From a virus (Duplodnaviria > Caudoviricetes), in the IMG/VR virus record IMGVR_UViG_3300048850_000084, positions 1 to 38,293 of that record: DNA of 38,293 nt. One strand, 5' to 3'. How positions within the stretch are numbered: position 1 is the stretch's first letter; the number at the start of each line of letters is the position of its first letter. Both the position numbers and the translations under genes were made by a program. The notes under the pieces are model-generated. The model saw only the letters and a program-made list of their open reading frames with translations. It had not been told where the DNA came from and made no database searches. This document shows, in pieces, positions 26,970 through 36,233 of this stretch.

Positions 26970-27341
26970 ATGTCCGACAGCATGCGCCGGATCTCCGGCA
27001 CCTCCTACGCGACCGTGGATGGGCTCAGCGTCCCGAACGCGGGAAACCCGGGGTACCGCGCCTCCCGTGTGATCCGCGAGACCCTGACCGGAGAGGACGG
27101 TGTGCATGGCTACAGCGAGAAGCCGCAGCCAGGCATGATCAAGTTCCAGGCCCGCGACATGGTCGGCATCTCGGTCAACGACTTCGAGGATGCCACCGGC
27201 GTCACCGTCGAGCTGGTGCTGGCTAACGGCAAGGTCGTGACCGGCACCGACATGTGGTGCGTGACCGCGCTGGAGGTGAACGGCACGGATGCGACCTTCG
27301 ACCTGGAATTCCACGGCGACCTGGTCACGGTGGAGGGCTAG
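26970..27341 (+). CDS. Tail tube protein (Mu gpM-like)
   Basis: RETLTGEDGVHGYSEKP, ELVLANGK. Confidence 0.9.
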   Translation: MSDSMRRISGTSYATVDGLSVPNAGNPGYRASRVIRETLTGEDGVHGYSEKPQPGMIKFQARDMVGISVNDFEDATGVTVELVLANGKVVTGTDMWCVTALEVNGTDATFDLEFHGDLVTVEG

Positions 27342-27344
27342 CCG

Positions 27345-27860
27345 GTGGACACTCCCGTCCAGACCACGCTCACCATCACCTTCGACCCGCCGATCACCTT
27401 CGGCGAGAAGTCCGCCTCTGAGGTGACGCTCCGCGAGCCCACCTCGGAGGAGTACGACCAGGCCATGGGGAAGCCGGGCTTCGGCCTGGCACGCCACCTC
27501 ATGGTGGTCATCGGCAAGCTTCCGGCGCCCATCGCCGCAAAGGTGCCCGTCTCGAAGATGGTGCAGGCCGACGCGTTCTTCGCGCAGTTCGTGCGCGCCG
27601 CGCCGGAGCCGGATCAGTCGATGCCGCAGGAGCCCCAGGAGGGCGATGCCGAGATCTTCGCGAGCATGGCGCTCCGTGAGCCCACCATCGAGGAGCTGGA
27701 GCGCGCGGGCGGTGGCTATCGGGGCACCGCGAAACTGGTTGCCTACGTGACGGGCATTCCGCTGCAGACCGCTCTGCGCATGCCGGTGAGCGTGGCAGAG
27801 CGTGCCGCGGACTACTTCGCGGGTTTCGTGACGCCCTCCCCAGCAATTGGGAACAGCTGA
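27345..27860 (+). CDS. Tail assembly chaperone with two tandem domains
   Basis: Two LREPT...PVS...FxxFV repeats; lies between tube and tape measure. Confidence 0.8.
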   Translation: MDTPVQTTLTITFDPPITFGEKSASEVTLREPTSEEYDQAMGKPGFGLARHLMVVIGKLPAPIAAKVPVSKMVQADAFFAQFVRAAPEPDQSMPQEPQEGDAEIFASMALREPTIEELERAGGGYRGTAKLVAYVTGIPLQTALRMPVSVAERAADYFAGFVTPSPAIGNS

Positions 27861-27991
27861 TCGCTGATCTCACGAACTTCTTCCCCGGCTGGGGGCCGCA
27901 GGACGGGTGGAACCTGACCCCCACTCGCCTGCTGTGGTGGGCGGAACAGGCAATCAGGATCAGGGACAAGGGGGCAGGGCGTGGCGACTGA
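27821..27991 (+). other. Programmed -1 frameshift site and GT/E'-like extension
   Basis: Slippery G GGT TTC (27821-27827); -1 frame reads ...NWEQLIADLTNFFPGWGPQDGWNLTPTRLLWWAEQAIRIR... to TGA 27989-27991. Confidence 0.8.
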
Positions 27992-29951
27992 GGCCGTTGG
28001 CAACCTTGCCGTAACCATCACCGCCGTGGACCGGGCGACCGCGACCATCGAGAGGGTGCGGGACCGTGTTGGGGCGGTGACGGAGCCCACGCGCCAGCTG
28101 CAGGCGGCTTTTGGCCGGCTAGGCGATGCCACGGGGATCAACCGCCTCTCGGCCGCGATGGGAGCCGCGACGGGCCACGCGACCTCCCTGGCTCGGACAG
28201 TGGCGACGGCGGCCCTGCCGCTGGCCAGCGGCGGCATCATCGCGAGCACCGGCGCCATGGCGGCGAACTTCGTGCGGACGGGAAAGACCCTGCTGGAAGG
28301 CGCGCGGAGCCTCAGCATGTCGGTTTCCGACCTCGATGCCTTCCGGCAGGCGGCGCGCATGGCGGGCGTGGGGGCGGAGGAAGCGCAGGCCGGGCTGGAG
28401 GCGTTCGAAGGCACGATCAACGACGCCTTCTTCAACCGGAATGGCGTCGCCGCTGCTGCGTCCAGGATGGACCGCCTCGGGTTCTCGCTGCGAGACAGTG
28501 TGACAGGGGGCGCGCGCAGTGGCGCCGACGCGCTGGGCGACCTGGCGGAGGCCTATGCCAAGCTGAACCACGATCCGAACGCCCAGGCGGAGTTTGCCCG
28601 GATCTGGAATGTCCAGCCTCTCGACAAGTTCCTGCGGCGCGGTCGCGAGGGTGTTGCCGAACTTACCCGCCAGGCGCGCGCTCGCGGCGTCATGTCGGAG
28701 GAGGAGGCGAAGCAGGCCAAGCGGCTTGGCGAACAGTGGGATCGGATGCTGTTCAGCGGGGAGCGCCTGACCACGATGGTCGGCGCCGCGCTCGCTCCTT
28801 CCATGGAGCATGCGCTCGTCCGCATGAATCGCTGGGTGCTGGCAAATGAGAAGTGGCTGGCGACGAACATCTCCGCGCGCATCGAGGAGGTGGGGCGCGG
28901 GACGGGGACATTCGTCGGGGCTGTCGATAAGGCCGTGACCAGCACCATCGGGTGGGAGCGCGCGACCATCGCCCTCGAAGCGCTGCTGGCGGCGAAGCTC
29001 CTGAAGACGCTCACCGGCGTCAATGCCGCGGCGCTGGCGCTGAGCGTGCTGCGCCTGCCGCCTTGGGCTCTGGCCCTGCTGGGTGCCGGTGGCCTGGTCG
29101 CCGGCAACAGCCTGATCGACCGGCGCGCCCTCCAGGATGCGACAAGGCAGGGTGCTGCCGATCGCGAGGCCGGGCGGACCGGCTGGACCATCGGTGGGCG
29201 CCCGGCCGGCGAGGCGTGGGACGGCTTCCGCAGGATGTTCGGGTTCGGCATGGAGACGGCGCCCGGCCCGGCCGGCTTCCCGAACGGGGCGCGGATGCGC
29301 GGCGCCCAGGACCTCAGGGGAGCCGCGAGGATCCCCGGACAGCTGGAGCCCGACATCGAGCGGCGGGTGCGGGAGCGCGCGTCCGCGCATGGAGTGGATC
29401 CGGACTTCGCGGTGCGCATCGCGCGGATCGAGGGCGGTGGGCGGAACAGGGTATCTCCGGCCGGCGCGATGGGGCCGATGCAGCTTATGCCTGGCACCGC
29501 CAGGATGCTGGGTGTGAACCCGCAGGACGTGGACCAGAACATTGACGGCGGGGTTCGCTACCTGCGCCAGCTCCTGAACCGCTTCGGCGGCGACCAGCGC
29601 GCGGCGGCGGCGGGCTACAACGCCGGCCCGAACCGAGGCTCGGTCCACTCCTTCGCCACGACAGGCAACGCAGCCGGGCTGCCCCGCGAGACGCAGGAGT
29701 ATGTCCGCAGCCTTGACGCGCTGAGCCGGACGGCACCTGCCCAGGGCCCGGCACCAGGTCCACGGCTCGCACCTGCGGCCCCGAGCCCCCTGGACGGAGG
29801 GAGGCCGCAGGCCATGAACGGCCGGGTGGATGTCAATGTCCGGCTGGCCGGAGCCCAGCAAGGAACCGTGGCAACGGCCAGCGGCGAGGGCATTGCGCAT
29901 GTAGCGCCGCCCCTCGTTGAGACCGCCATGACCGGCTGGGGTGGGCGGTGA
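27981..29951 (+). CDS. Tape measure protein with C-terminal lytic transglycosylase (SLT) domain
   Basis: ITAVDRAT N-terminus; IARIEGGG...SPAGAMGPMQLMPGTA...NIDGGVRYL...YNAGP...ETQEYV. Confidence 0.9.
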   Translation: MATEAVGNLAVTITAVDRATATIERVRDRVGAVTEPTRQLQAAFGRLGDATGINRLSAAMGAATGHATSLARTVATAALPLASGGIIASTGAMAANFVRTGKTLLEGARSLSMSVSDLDAFRQAARMAGVGAEEAQAGLEAFEGTINDAFFNRNGVAAAASRMDRLGFSLRDSVTGGARSGADALGDLAEAYAKLNHDPNAQAEFARIWNVQPLDKFLRRGREGVAELTRQARARGVMSEEEAKQAKRLGEQWDRMLFSGERLTTMVGAALAPSMEHALVRMNRWVLANEKWLATNISARIEEVGRGTGTFVGAVDKAVTSTIGWERATIALEALLAAKLLKTLTGVNAAALALSVLRLPPWALALLGAGGLVAGNSLIDRRALQDATRQGAADREAGRTGWTIGGRPAGEAWDGFRRMFGFGMETAPGPAGFPNGARMRGAQDLRGAARIPGQLEPDIERRVRERASAHGVDPDFAVRIARIEGGGRNRVSPAGAMGPMQLMPGTARMLGVNPQDVDQNIDGGVRYLRQLLNRFGGDQRAAAAGYNAGPNRGSVHSFATTGNAAGLPRETQEYVRSLDALSRTAPAQGPAPGPRLAPAAPSPLDGGRPQAMNGRVDVNVRLAGAQQGTVATASGEGIAHVAPPLVETAMTGWGGR

Positions 29952-30742
29952 GCGGCTCCATCAGCGGCTGGCGCGCGAGCCTCCGCCCCGCCTCATGGCG
30001 CGGCGTTCCGTTCCAGGTGTCGCAGAGCGAAGCCATCGCCGGCCGGCGCGTCCATGTCCACGAGTATCCGTTCCGGGACCTCCCCTGGGCCGAGGATCTG
30101 GGACGTCGGACGCGGGGCATCGTCATCCGGGGATACCTGATCGGGGACGACGTCGCCGACCAGCTCCAGGAATTGCAGGACGCTGCCGAAGAGAAGGGCT
30201 CAGGCCAGCTGGTCCATCCGCTTCGGGGGGACCTCGATGTCACACTGATCAGCCTGGGCAGCTCCGATGCCTGGGACGAAGGCCGCGTGGTGCGGATCAT
30301 CATGGAGTTCGTGGAGACCGGCGAACGCCGCTTTCCAGCGAGCGCGGTGGATGGCCAGGCCGATGTGAACGCTGCTGCCAACGCGCTGGACCAAGCGGCG
30401 GCTGAGAGCGGCGAGAAGGGCATCCTGGAGAGGCTCAAGGAGGGCTACGAGGGAGCCCAGCGCGTGGCGAAGACAGTCAAGGGCTACATCGCTACCGCGA
30501 GGCGCTATGTGAATAGTACCATCAGCACTGTCCGGAGCGTGACTTCGGTCCTTAGCCTGGTGCCGGGCCTGGGCAAACTTGGGCGCTTCATCAACCAAGG
30601 CACCGGCCGCGTCAGCGGGACGATCGGGAAGGTGAGCCGGGCCACGAATGGCGTCTCCTCAGCGCTGACCGGCATCAATTCCGCCCGCGCCAATGTGGGG
30701 CGGCTCGGCAACAGGGTGGCTTCTCTGGTGGACAGGCTGTGA
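29948..30742 (+). CDS. DNA circularization protein (Mu gpN) N-terminal part
   Basis: LRPASWRGVPF...GRRVHVHEYPFRD...EDLGR...GQLVHP...FVETG. Confidence 0.88.
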   Translation: MSGSISGWRASLRPASWRGVPFQVSQSEAIAGRRVHVHEYPFRDLPWAEDLGRRTRGIVIRGYLIGDDVADQLQELQDAAEEKGSGQLVHPLRGDLDVTLISLGSSDAWDEGRVVRIIMEFVETGERRFPASAVDGQADVNAAANALDQAAAESGEKGILERLKEGYEGAQRVAKTVKGYIATARRYVNSTISTVRSVTSVLSLVPGLGKLGRFINQGTGRVSGTIGKVSRATNGVSSALTGINSARANVGRLGNRVASLVDRL

Positions 30743-31269
30743 GCACCGTCACGGAACTTGTCGCCGCGATCCAGGCCATGGTGGCTGGCGTGGCGGAGGC
30801 CGCGGACGATCCGGCCGACCGCATCCGCGTGCTGACGGCGCTGGCAGTGGCGGAGGTCCCGGCAGACGGAGATGCCGCGGCCGCAGCGGTCTGGCGTCGC
30901 TCCGCTCTGGCAGCCCTCGCGCGCGCCTCAGCGGCCTATCAGCCCGGATCCTATGACGAGGCGATCGGCTTGCGCGACCGGATCTGCTCGCTGCTGGAAG
31001 CGGAAGAGGTGATAGCGGCCGACGCTGGAGAGGACGCCGTGGCCAGCGCGCTGCGCCGCCTCCGTGGCGCGGTCGACCGTGATCTGCGTGGCCGCGGGGC
31101 GAGCCTGTCGCCCCTGCGCGACCTGATGTGCGACACGCCGCAGCCCGCCATCGCGATGGCGCACCGCCTCTACGGCGATGCGCGGCGCGAAGAAGCTCTG
31201 GTGGAGCAATGCGGCGACGTGCCGAACCCGTGCTTCATCTCGGGCGCCTTCAAGGTCAGTGCCCGCTGA
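30739..31269 (+). CDS. Mu gpN-like C-terminal part
   Basis: PAIAMAHRLYGDARREEALV...NPCFI. Confidence 0.75.
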   Translation: MSTVTELVAAIQAMVAGVAEAADDPADRIRVLTALAVAEVPADGDAAAAAVWRRSALAALARASAAYQPGSYDEAIGLRDRICSLLEAEEVIAADAGEDAVASALRRLRGAVDRDLRGRGASLSPLRDLMCDTPQPAIAMAHRLYGDARREEALVEQCGDVPNPCFISGAFKVSAR

Positions 31270-31291
31270 TCGCCTGCGGAGAGAGGTCAAA

Positions 31292-32515
31292 GTGGCCGAG
31301 GACAATCAGCCGATAGAGGTGCCCGAGGTTACGGTCACCGATGAGGAGTTCCCGCTGCCACTTCCACCGCCGCCAGCACCCGGCGAGCCCGATGACGACG
31401 AACTCTCGCTCGCGGTTGATGGTCGCATCTACCGCGGCTGGGACAGCGTCGCGGTCACGCGCGGTTGCGAGCGGCTGCCGTCCTCCTTCACGGTGACGCT
31501 CACCGAGCGCTTCCCTGGCGAGGCGGACATCATCATCGAGCCTGGCGCCCTCTGCCTGGTGCGGCTCGGTCGCGATCCGGTGCTCACCGGCTATATCGAC
31601 CGCTATGTTCCCGCGATCGACGGGAAGTCACACACCGTCACCATTGTAGGGCGGTCGAAGTGCCAGGACCTGGTGGACTGCTCGGCCATCCTGCCGGGAC
31701 AGCAGCTGAGTGGCCTGACCGTGGCCGAAATCGCAAGGAAGCTCGCCGCGCCCTACGGTATCTCGGTTTCCGCGCCGACCGACGATGGTCCTCTTGTCCC
31801 GCAGCTGAACCTGATCTTCGGCGAGACGCCGTGGGACGTGATCGAGCGGCTGTGCCGTGTGGCCCGCTTCCTCGCCTATGACGACGCGGACGGGAACCTC
31901 GTACTGGCGCCGGTCAGCGGCGAGACGCATGCGAGCGGCGTGCGGGAGGGCGACAACGTGCTGGCGGCGGCCGGCCTGTTCTCAGCGGATGGTCGCTACA
32001 GCGAGTACCATGTGCACCTGCTGTCCACGACGCCGCTCTTCCAGGTGGACCAGGCTGCCGGCGGCACCGGTACCCTGCCACCGGCGGGAAGCGCGAGCGA
32101 CGAGGGTGTTCGGAGGCTTCGGCGGCACACCTCCATCCTGGAACATGCCGGCCCGATGGATCCGCAGGTGCTGGCGCAGCAGCGCGCGGAGTGGGAGGCG
32201 GCTCGGCGGCGAGGACGGTCCGAGACCCTGCGTGTGCGTGTGGACAGCTGGCGCGACAGCGCCGGCGAGCTGTGGCAGCCCAACAAGCGGATCTCGGTCA
32301 TGGTTGCCTCCTGCAAGGTGCGCATGGCGACCTGGGTTGTCGGAGAGGTGACCTATCGGCGAGGGCTCGGTGGCACGACCGCCGATCTCACACTGATGCC
32401 GCCTGAGGCATTCTCGCCCGAGTACGTGCCCTATCTGCCGTTCAACTTTCAGCTCTCCGAGGCTGCCCGCCAGGGGGAGGAAGCTGCTCAGCGGCGCCCG
32501 GAGGGCGGCCAGTGA
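31292..32515 (+). CDS. Baseplate hub protein (Mu gp44-like)
   Basis: YRGWDSVAVTR, VLTGYID, GRSKCQDLVDCS, WRDSAGELWQPN. Confidence 0.9.
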   Translation: MAEDNQPIEVPEVTVTDEEFPLPLPPPPAPGEPDDDELSLAVDGRIYRGWDSVAVTRGCERLPSSFTVTLTERFPGEADIIIEPGALCLVRLGRDPVLTGYIDRYVPAIDGKSHTVTIVGRSKCQDLVDCSAILPGQQLSGLTVAEIARKLAAPYGISVSAPTDDGPLVPQLNLIFGETPWDVIERLCRVARFLAYDDADGNLVLAPVSGETHASGVREGDNVLAAAGLFSADGRYSEYHVHLLSTTPLFQVDQAAGGTGTLPPAGSASDEGVRRLRRHTSILEHAGPMDPQVLAQQRAEWEAARRRGRSETLRVRVDSWRDSAGELWQPNKRISVMVASCKVRMATWVVGEVTYRRGLGGTTADLTLMPPEAFSPEYVPYLPFNFQLSEAARQGEEAAQRRPEGGQ

Positions 32516-32994
32516 CCGCGCTTCGAACCATCGCCGGACGCGTCGGAATGATCTTCGGGGTCGGCAAGATCCTGGCGATCCGCACCGATCGAGGCACAGG
32601 GCGGGCCACGATGACGGCTCAGGTGCAACTCCCCGAGACGGGAGAGGTGCGGGACGACACGCCCATCCTCTCCGTCTACGGCCTGACGTCGCGGCCGAGA
32701 CCGGGAGCTGATGCCGCGGTGGCCTTCCTCGGCGGGAACCGTGGCGCCGGGGTAGTCATCGCGACGAGCGATGGGCGCTTCTCCGTCCAGCTCGCGGATG
32801 GAGAGGTGGCGCTGCACACCCACGAGGGCGCGAAGGTGCATCTGAGGCAGGGCGGTGCCGTGGAGATCGTGGCGCCCGGCGGGCTGACCATCACCGCGCC
32901 GTCGCTCACTCACAACGGCCGGAACATCGGCGGCACGCACCGGCACTCCGGGGTCGATCCGGGAGGCGGCACGTCTGGGGAGCCCATCGGATGA
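32512..32994 (+). CDS. Baseplate spike (gpV/Mu gp45-like)
   Basis: YGLTSRP, GEVALH, C-terminal HRHSGV. Confidence 0.88.
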   Translation: MTALRTIAGRVGMIFGVGKILAIRTDRGTGRATMTAQVQLPETGEVRDDTPILSVYGLTSRPRPGADAAVAFLGGNRGAGVVIATSDGRFSVQLADGEVALHTHEGAKVHLRQGGAVEIVAPGGLTITAPSLTHNGRNIGGTHRHSGVDPGGGTSGEPIG

Positions 32995-33440
32995 GCACGG
33001 TCGCAATCGCCTGGGACAACCTTACCGGGCGCGGGGATTGGGCGCGTGACGCCGACGGACGGCTGGTGGTCGGTTCCGATCTCGAGGCGGCGATCTGGGT
33101 GAGCCTCTTCACGGACCGGCGCGCGGCGCCGGATGACAAAATCACGGACGGCACCGACGACCGGCGCGGCTGGTGGGCCGACGCCTTCAGCGACAAGGCG
33201 ATCGGCAGCCGGCTCTGGCTGCTCGACCGGGCGAAGCGCACCGAGGAGACCCGGCGCCGCGCCGAGACCTATGCCCGCGAGGCCCTCGCCTGGCTGGTGG
33301 AGGACGGCATTGCCGCCCGGGTGGACGTCACGGCCGAATGGGCTGGGCCGACCTTCCTTACGATCCTGCCGGTGGTGACCCACCGCGACGGCCGCCGCGC
33401 CGATTACCGCTTCGACTGGGCCTGGCTGGGAGCTTCCTGA
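32991..33440 (+). CDS. Mu gp46-like baseplate protein
   Basis: SLFTDRRA, RRGWWAD, GSRLWLL, EALAWLVEDG. Confidence 0.92.
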   Translation: MSTVAIAWDNLTGRGDWARDADGRLVVGSDLEAAIWVSLFTDRRAAPDDKITDGTDDRRGWWADAFSDKAIGSRLWLLDRAKRTEETRRRAETYAREALAWLVEDGIAARVDVTAEWAGPTFLTILPVVTHRDGRRADYRFDWAWLGAS

Positions 33441-33443
33441 CGC

Positions 33444-34559
33444 ATGCCATTTGTTCGTCCCGGCCTGTCGGAGCTGATCCGGCAGTCGCTGACCGATCTC
33501 GCCCAGGCGATGGGCCTGCAGGCGGTCCTGCGCTGGCGACCTGAATACGCCATGGGCAAGGCGGTGGCCGGCCTGGTGAACGGGCTTTACGGCTACCTGG
33601 ACTGGATTGCGAAGCAGGCGGTCCCGGGCACCTCCACGGGCGAGTATCGCGCCGACTGGGCAGCCCTGAAGGGCGTCTTCCCGAAGGAGGCGACCTTTGC
33701 CTCCGGGACCGCGACCTTTCCCGGTGTTGAAGGCATGTCTCTGCCGACCGGAACCGAGGTTCGGCTGGCTGATGGCAGCGCGACCTATCTGGTCACCGCC
33801 GGGGCAACGGCCGGTCCAGACGGGATGGTCTCGGTACCGATGACAGCGACCACCAGCGGTCCCGCCGGGAACGTGGCGGCCGGCACGACCCTGGTGCTGG
33901 GCACGGCGGTGGCGGGCATCTCTTCCGCTGGCGTCGCCGACGGCCCTCTGACGGGCGGCGCCGCGGCGGAGGATGTCGATAGCGATGAGTTCCTGACGCG
34001 CACGCTGCTGGCCTATGCCGAGCCGGCGCAGGGCGGCGCTGCGGGGGACTATGCCGTCTGGGCGCTGCAGGTGCCTGGCGTCACCCGCGCCTGGGTGAGC
34101 CCGAACGGGATGGGCCCGGGGACGGTGGTGGTCCGCTTCATGATGGACGCCGCGAACGCCGATGACGACGGCTTCCCCCAGGGCACGGACGGTGTGGCAA
34201 CGGATGAGCCACGGGACACGGCCGCGACCGGCGACCAGCTCGCGGTCGTGAACCACATCTTCCCGCTCCGCCCGGTCACGGCCCTGGTCTATGCGGCGGC
34301 GCCGTCGCCCTACGGCATCACCGTGACGATCGATGACATGCAGGGAGACACCCCCGAGATCCGGGCAGCCGTGCAGGCTTCCCTGGTCGCCATGTTCCGC
34401 CTGCGGGGCACGCCCGGCGGCACGATTTATCCGTCGGAAATCGCGGCGGCGATCGACGCGGCATCGGGCGTGGAGCGCTTCACTCTGGCATTCCCGACCA
34501 CCGCCATCACCGCCCCGGATGGCGCACTGCCCGTCCTGGGCCTGCTGAGCTGGACCTGA
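33444..34559 (+). CDS. Baseplate J/gp47-like protein
   Basis: QGGAAGDYAVWALQVPGVTRAW, GPGTVVV. Confidence 0.92.
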   Translation: MPFVRPGLSELIRQSLTDLAQAMGLQAVLRWRPEYAMGKAVAGLVNGLYGYLDWIAKQAVPGTSTGEYRADWAALKGVFPKEATFASGTATFPGVEGMSLPTGTEVRLADGSATYLVTAGATAGPDGMVSVPMTATTSGPAGNVAAGTTLVLGTAVAGISSAGVADGPLTGGAAAEDVDSDEFLTRTLLAYAEPAQGGAAGDYAVWALQVPGVTRAWVSPNGMGPGTVVVRFMMDAANADDDGFPQGTDGVATDEPRDTAATGDQLAVVNHIFPLRPVTALVYAAAPSPYGITVTIDDMQGDTPEIRAAVQASLVAMFRLRGTPGGTIYPSEIAAAIDAASGVERFTLAFPTTAITAPDGALPVLGLLSWT

Positions 34560-34562
34560 CCC

Positions 34563-35165
34563 ATGGCCCGGAACCAGGCGCGCTCGGTCGCGGCCTATGT
34601 CGCCGTGCTTCTCTCGCTGCTGCCTCGCGGGCGGATCTGGCCGCGCGATCCGGACAGCACCCTCGCGGCCGTTGCCCGCGGACTGGCGCCCACGGCTCAG
34701 CGGCTGGACGAGCGCGGGGTGGCTCTCCTGGTGGATGCCTTTCCCAGGAGCACCGTGGAGTTGCTCCCCGAGTGGGAGCGGACGGTCGGCCTGCCGGATG
34801 CCTGCTCCGGCTTGGCGCCCACGCTGCAGCAGCGGCAGGCACAGGTGGTTGCGAAGCTGATCGCGGTTGGTGGGCAGTCCATCCCCTACTTCGTCAGTGT
34901 GGCCGCGGCGCTCGGCTACGAGATCGAGATCGAGGAGTTCGCGCCGGCGCGGGCGGGCGTCTTCAGCGCGGGCGATCCGCTCTACGGCGAGGCCTGGGCG
35001 CACGCGTGGCGCGTGAACGCTCCTGAGGTCACCGTCACCTACTTCGTGGCAGGCGGCTCCTCCGCCGGTGAGCCGCTCGCGGCGTGGGGCAACGAGGTCT
35101 TGGAATGCGTGCTGTCACGCATCAAGCCGGCCCACACCAACCTGATCTTCGCATACGGGAGCTGA
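34563..35165 (+). CDS. YmfQ/gp48-like (DUF2313) baseplate protein
   Basis: LLPRGRIW, LLPEWERTVGLPD, LECVLSRIKPAHT. Confidence 0.9.
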   Translation: MARNQARSVAAYVAVLLSLLPRGRIWPRDPDSTLAAVARGLAPTAQRLDERGVALLVDAFPRSTVELLPEWERTVGLPDACSGLAPTLQQRQAQVVAKLIAVGGQSIPYFVSVAAALGYEIEIEEFAPARAGVFSAGDPLYGEAWAHAWRVNAPEVTVTYFVAGGSSAGEPLAAWGNEVLECVLSRIKPAHTNLIFAYGS

Positions 35166-35166
35166 C

Positions 35167-35718
35167 ATGAGGCGGATCAAAAGTCCGACGGCGGTAGCGT
35201 CGCGGCCGGCGGTGCCGGCACTGACGGGCGCTGAAGGCTACTTCACCAACGGCAATCCGGGCGCGGGCGTACCGGCCACGGTGGTGCCGGACTGGTGGCT
35301 GAACATGATGCAGGACGAGTTCCTGGCCATCCTTGCTGCTGCCGGGATCGCTCCGGATACGGCGGGCACCGTCAACAATCAGATCATGGCGGCCCTGCGC
35401 GCCATGTTCGGCGGCACCGGCCTCCTCGGCGCCAACGGCTACATGCGCCTGCCCGGCGGACTGATTATGCAGTGGGGCTACAACGGGACAGAGGTGGGCG
35501 GCAACGTCAACTTCGCCTTCCCGCTCACCTTCCCGAACGCCTGCCGCATTGTCCTAGCCATGGAAGCATCTGCCGACGGATGGGGCCCCGGTTCCTGCCG
35601 GGTATTTGGCTGCAATCTCAAGACGCAGGCAGGAACGATCATCAGTTCGGCCGTCGTGACATCGGGCAGCGTGACGTTTGGCAGTGCGGCCTTCTTCTGG
35701 CTCGCTCTGGGGGATTGA
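35167..35718 (+). CDS. Short tail fibre protein (gp53-like domain)
   Basis: GYFTNGNP...WLNMMQDE; NGYMRLPGGLIMQWG...FPLTFPNAC. Confidence 0.85.
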   Translation: MRRIKSPTAVASRPAVPALTGAEGYFTNGNPGAGVPATVVPDWWLNMMQDEFLAILAAAGIAPDTAGTVNNQIMAALRAMFGGTGLLGANGYMRLPGGLIMQWGYNGTEVGGNVNFAFPLTFPNACRIVLAMEASADGWGPGSCRVFGCNLKTQAGTIISSAVVTSGSVTFGSAAFFWLALGD

Positions 35719-35720
35719 AC

Positions 35721-36161
35721 ATGGCAGACGAACTCGGTCAGAAATACGTCGTCATCGACGCTGAGGGCCGCGCACTGGCTTTCTATGCTGCTGGCTTCAA
35801 TCCGACGATCCCGGCGGATGCTATCCCGATCTCGGATGAGGTCTGGGCCGAATGGTCGCAGGCGAGCCAGCGGAAGCTCTGGCAGGACGGCGCGCTGGTG
35901 GATGCGCCGGCGCCTGTTCCGGGGCCTGCACCTGTGCCCGCCTCCATCACTGCCCGGCAGGCCCGCCTTGCTCTGCTGCAGGCCGGTCTGCTGGATCAGG
36001 TGGACACGGCGGTCGCCGCCGCCGGTCGAGCAGCGCAGCTGGAGTGGGAATACGCCACCACGATCGACCGCGGCAGCGCCCTGGTCGAAGGTTTGGCTGC
36101 GAGCGTGCCGCTCACCGAAGCGCAGTTGGACGCGCTCTTCACGGCCGCAGCGGTCCTATAG
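35721..36161 (+). CDS. Tail fibre assembly-like protein
   Basis: IPADAIPISDEVW; ITARQARLAL...EWEYATTIDR...QLDALF. Confidence 0.7.
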   Translation: MADELGQKYVVIDAEGRALAFYAAGFNPTIPADAIPISDEVWAEWSQASQRKLWQDGALVDAPAPVPGPAPVPASITARQARLALLQAGLLDQVDTAVAAAGRAAQLEWEYATTIDRGSALVEGLAASVPLTEAQLDALFTAAAVL

Positions 36162-36233
36162 CCGCCCCCTAATCCGTCCGCCTGACAACCGCGCGCCGTT
36201 GTGCTGCGCGGCGCTCCCGCATGCGAGGTGCCC

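Noticed and set aside
17224-35003. Long minus-strand ORFs (e.g. 17224-18735, 18889-20694, 21679-24150, 28119-29900, 32910-35003)
   Set aside because: Antisense shadows of high-GC structural genes with no motifs
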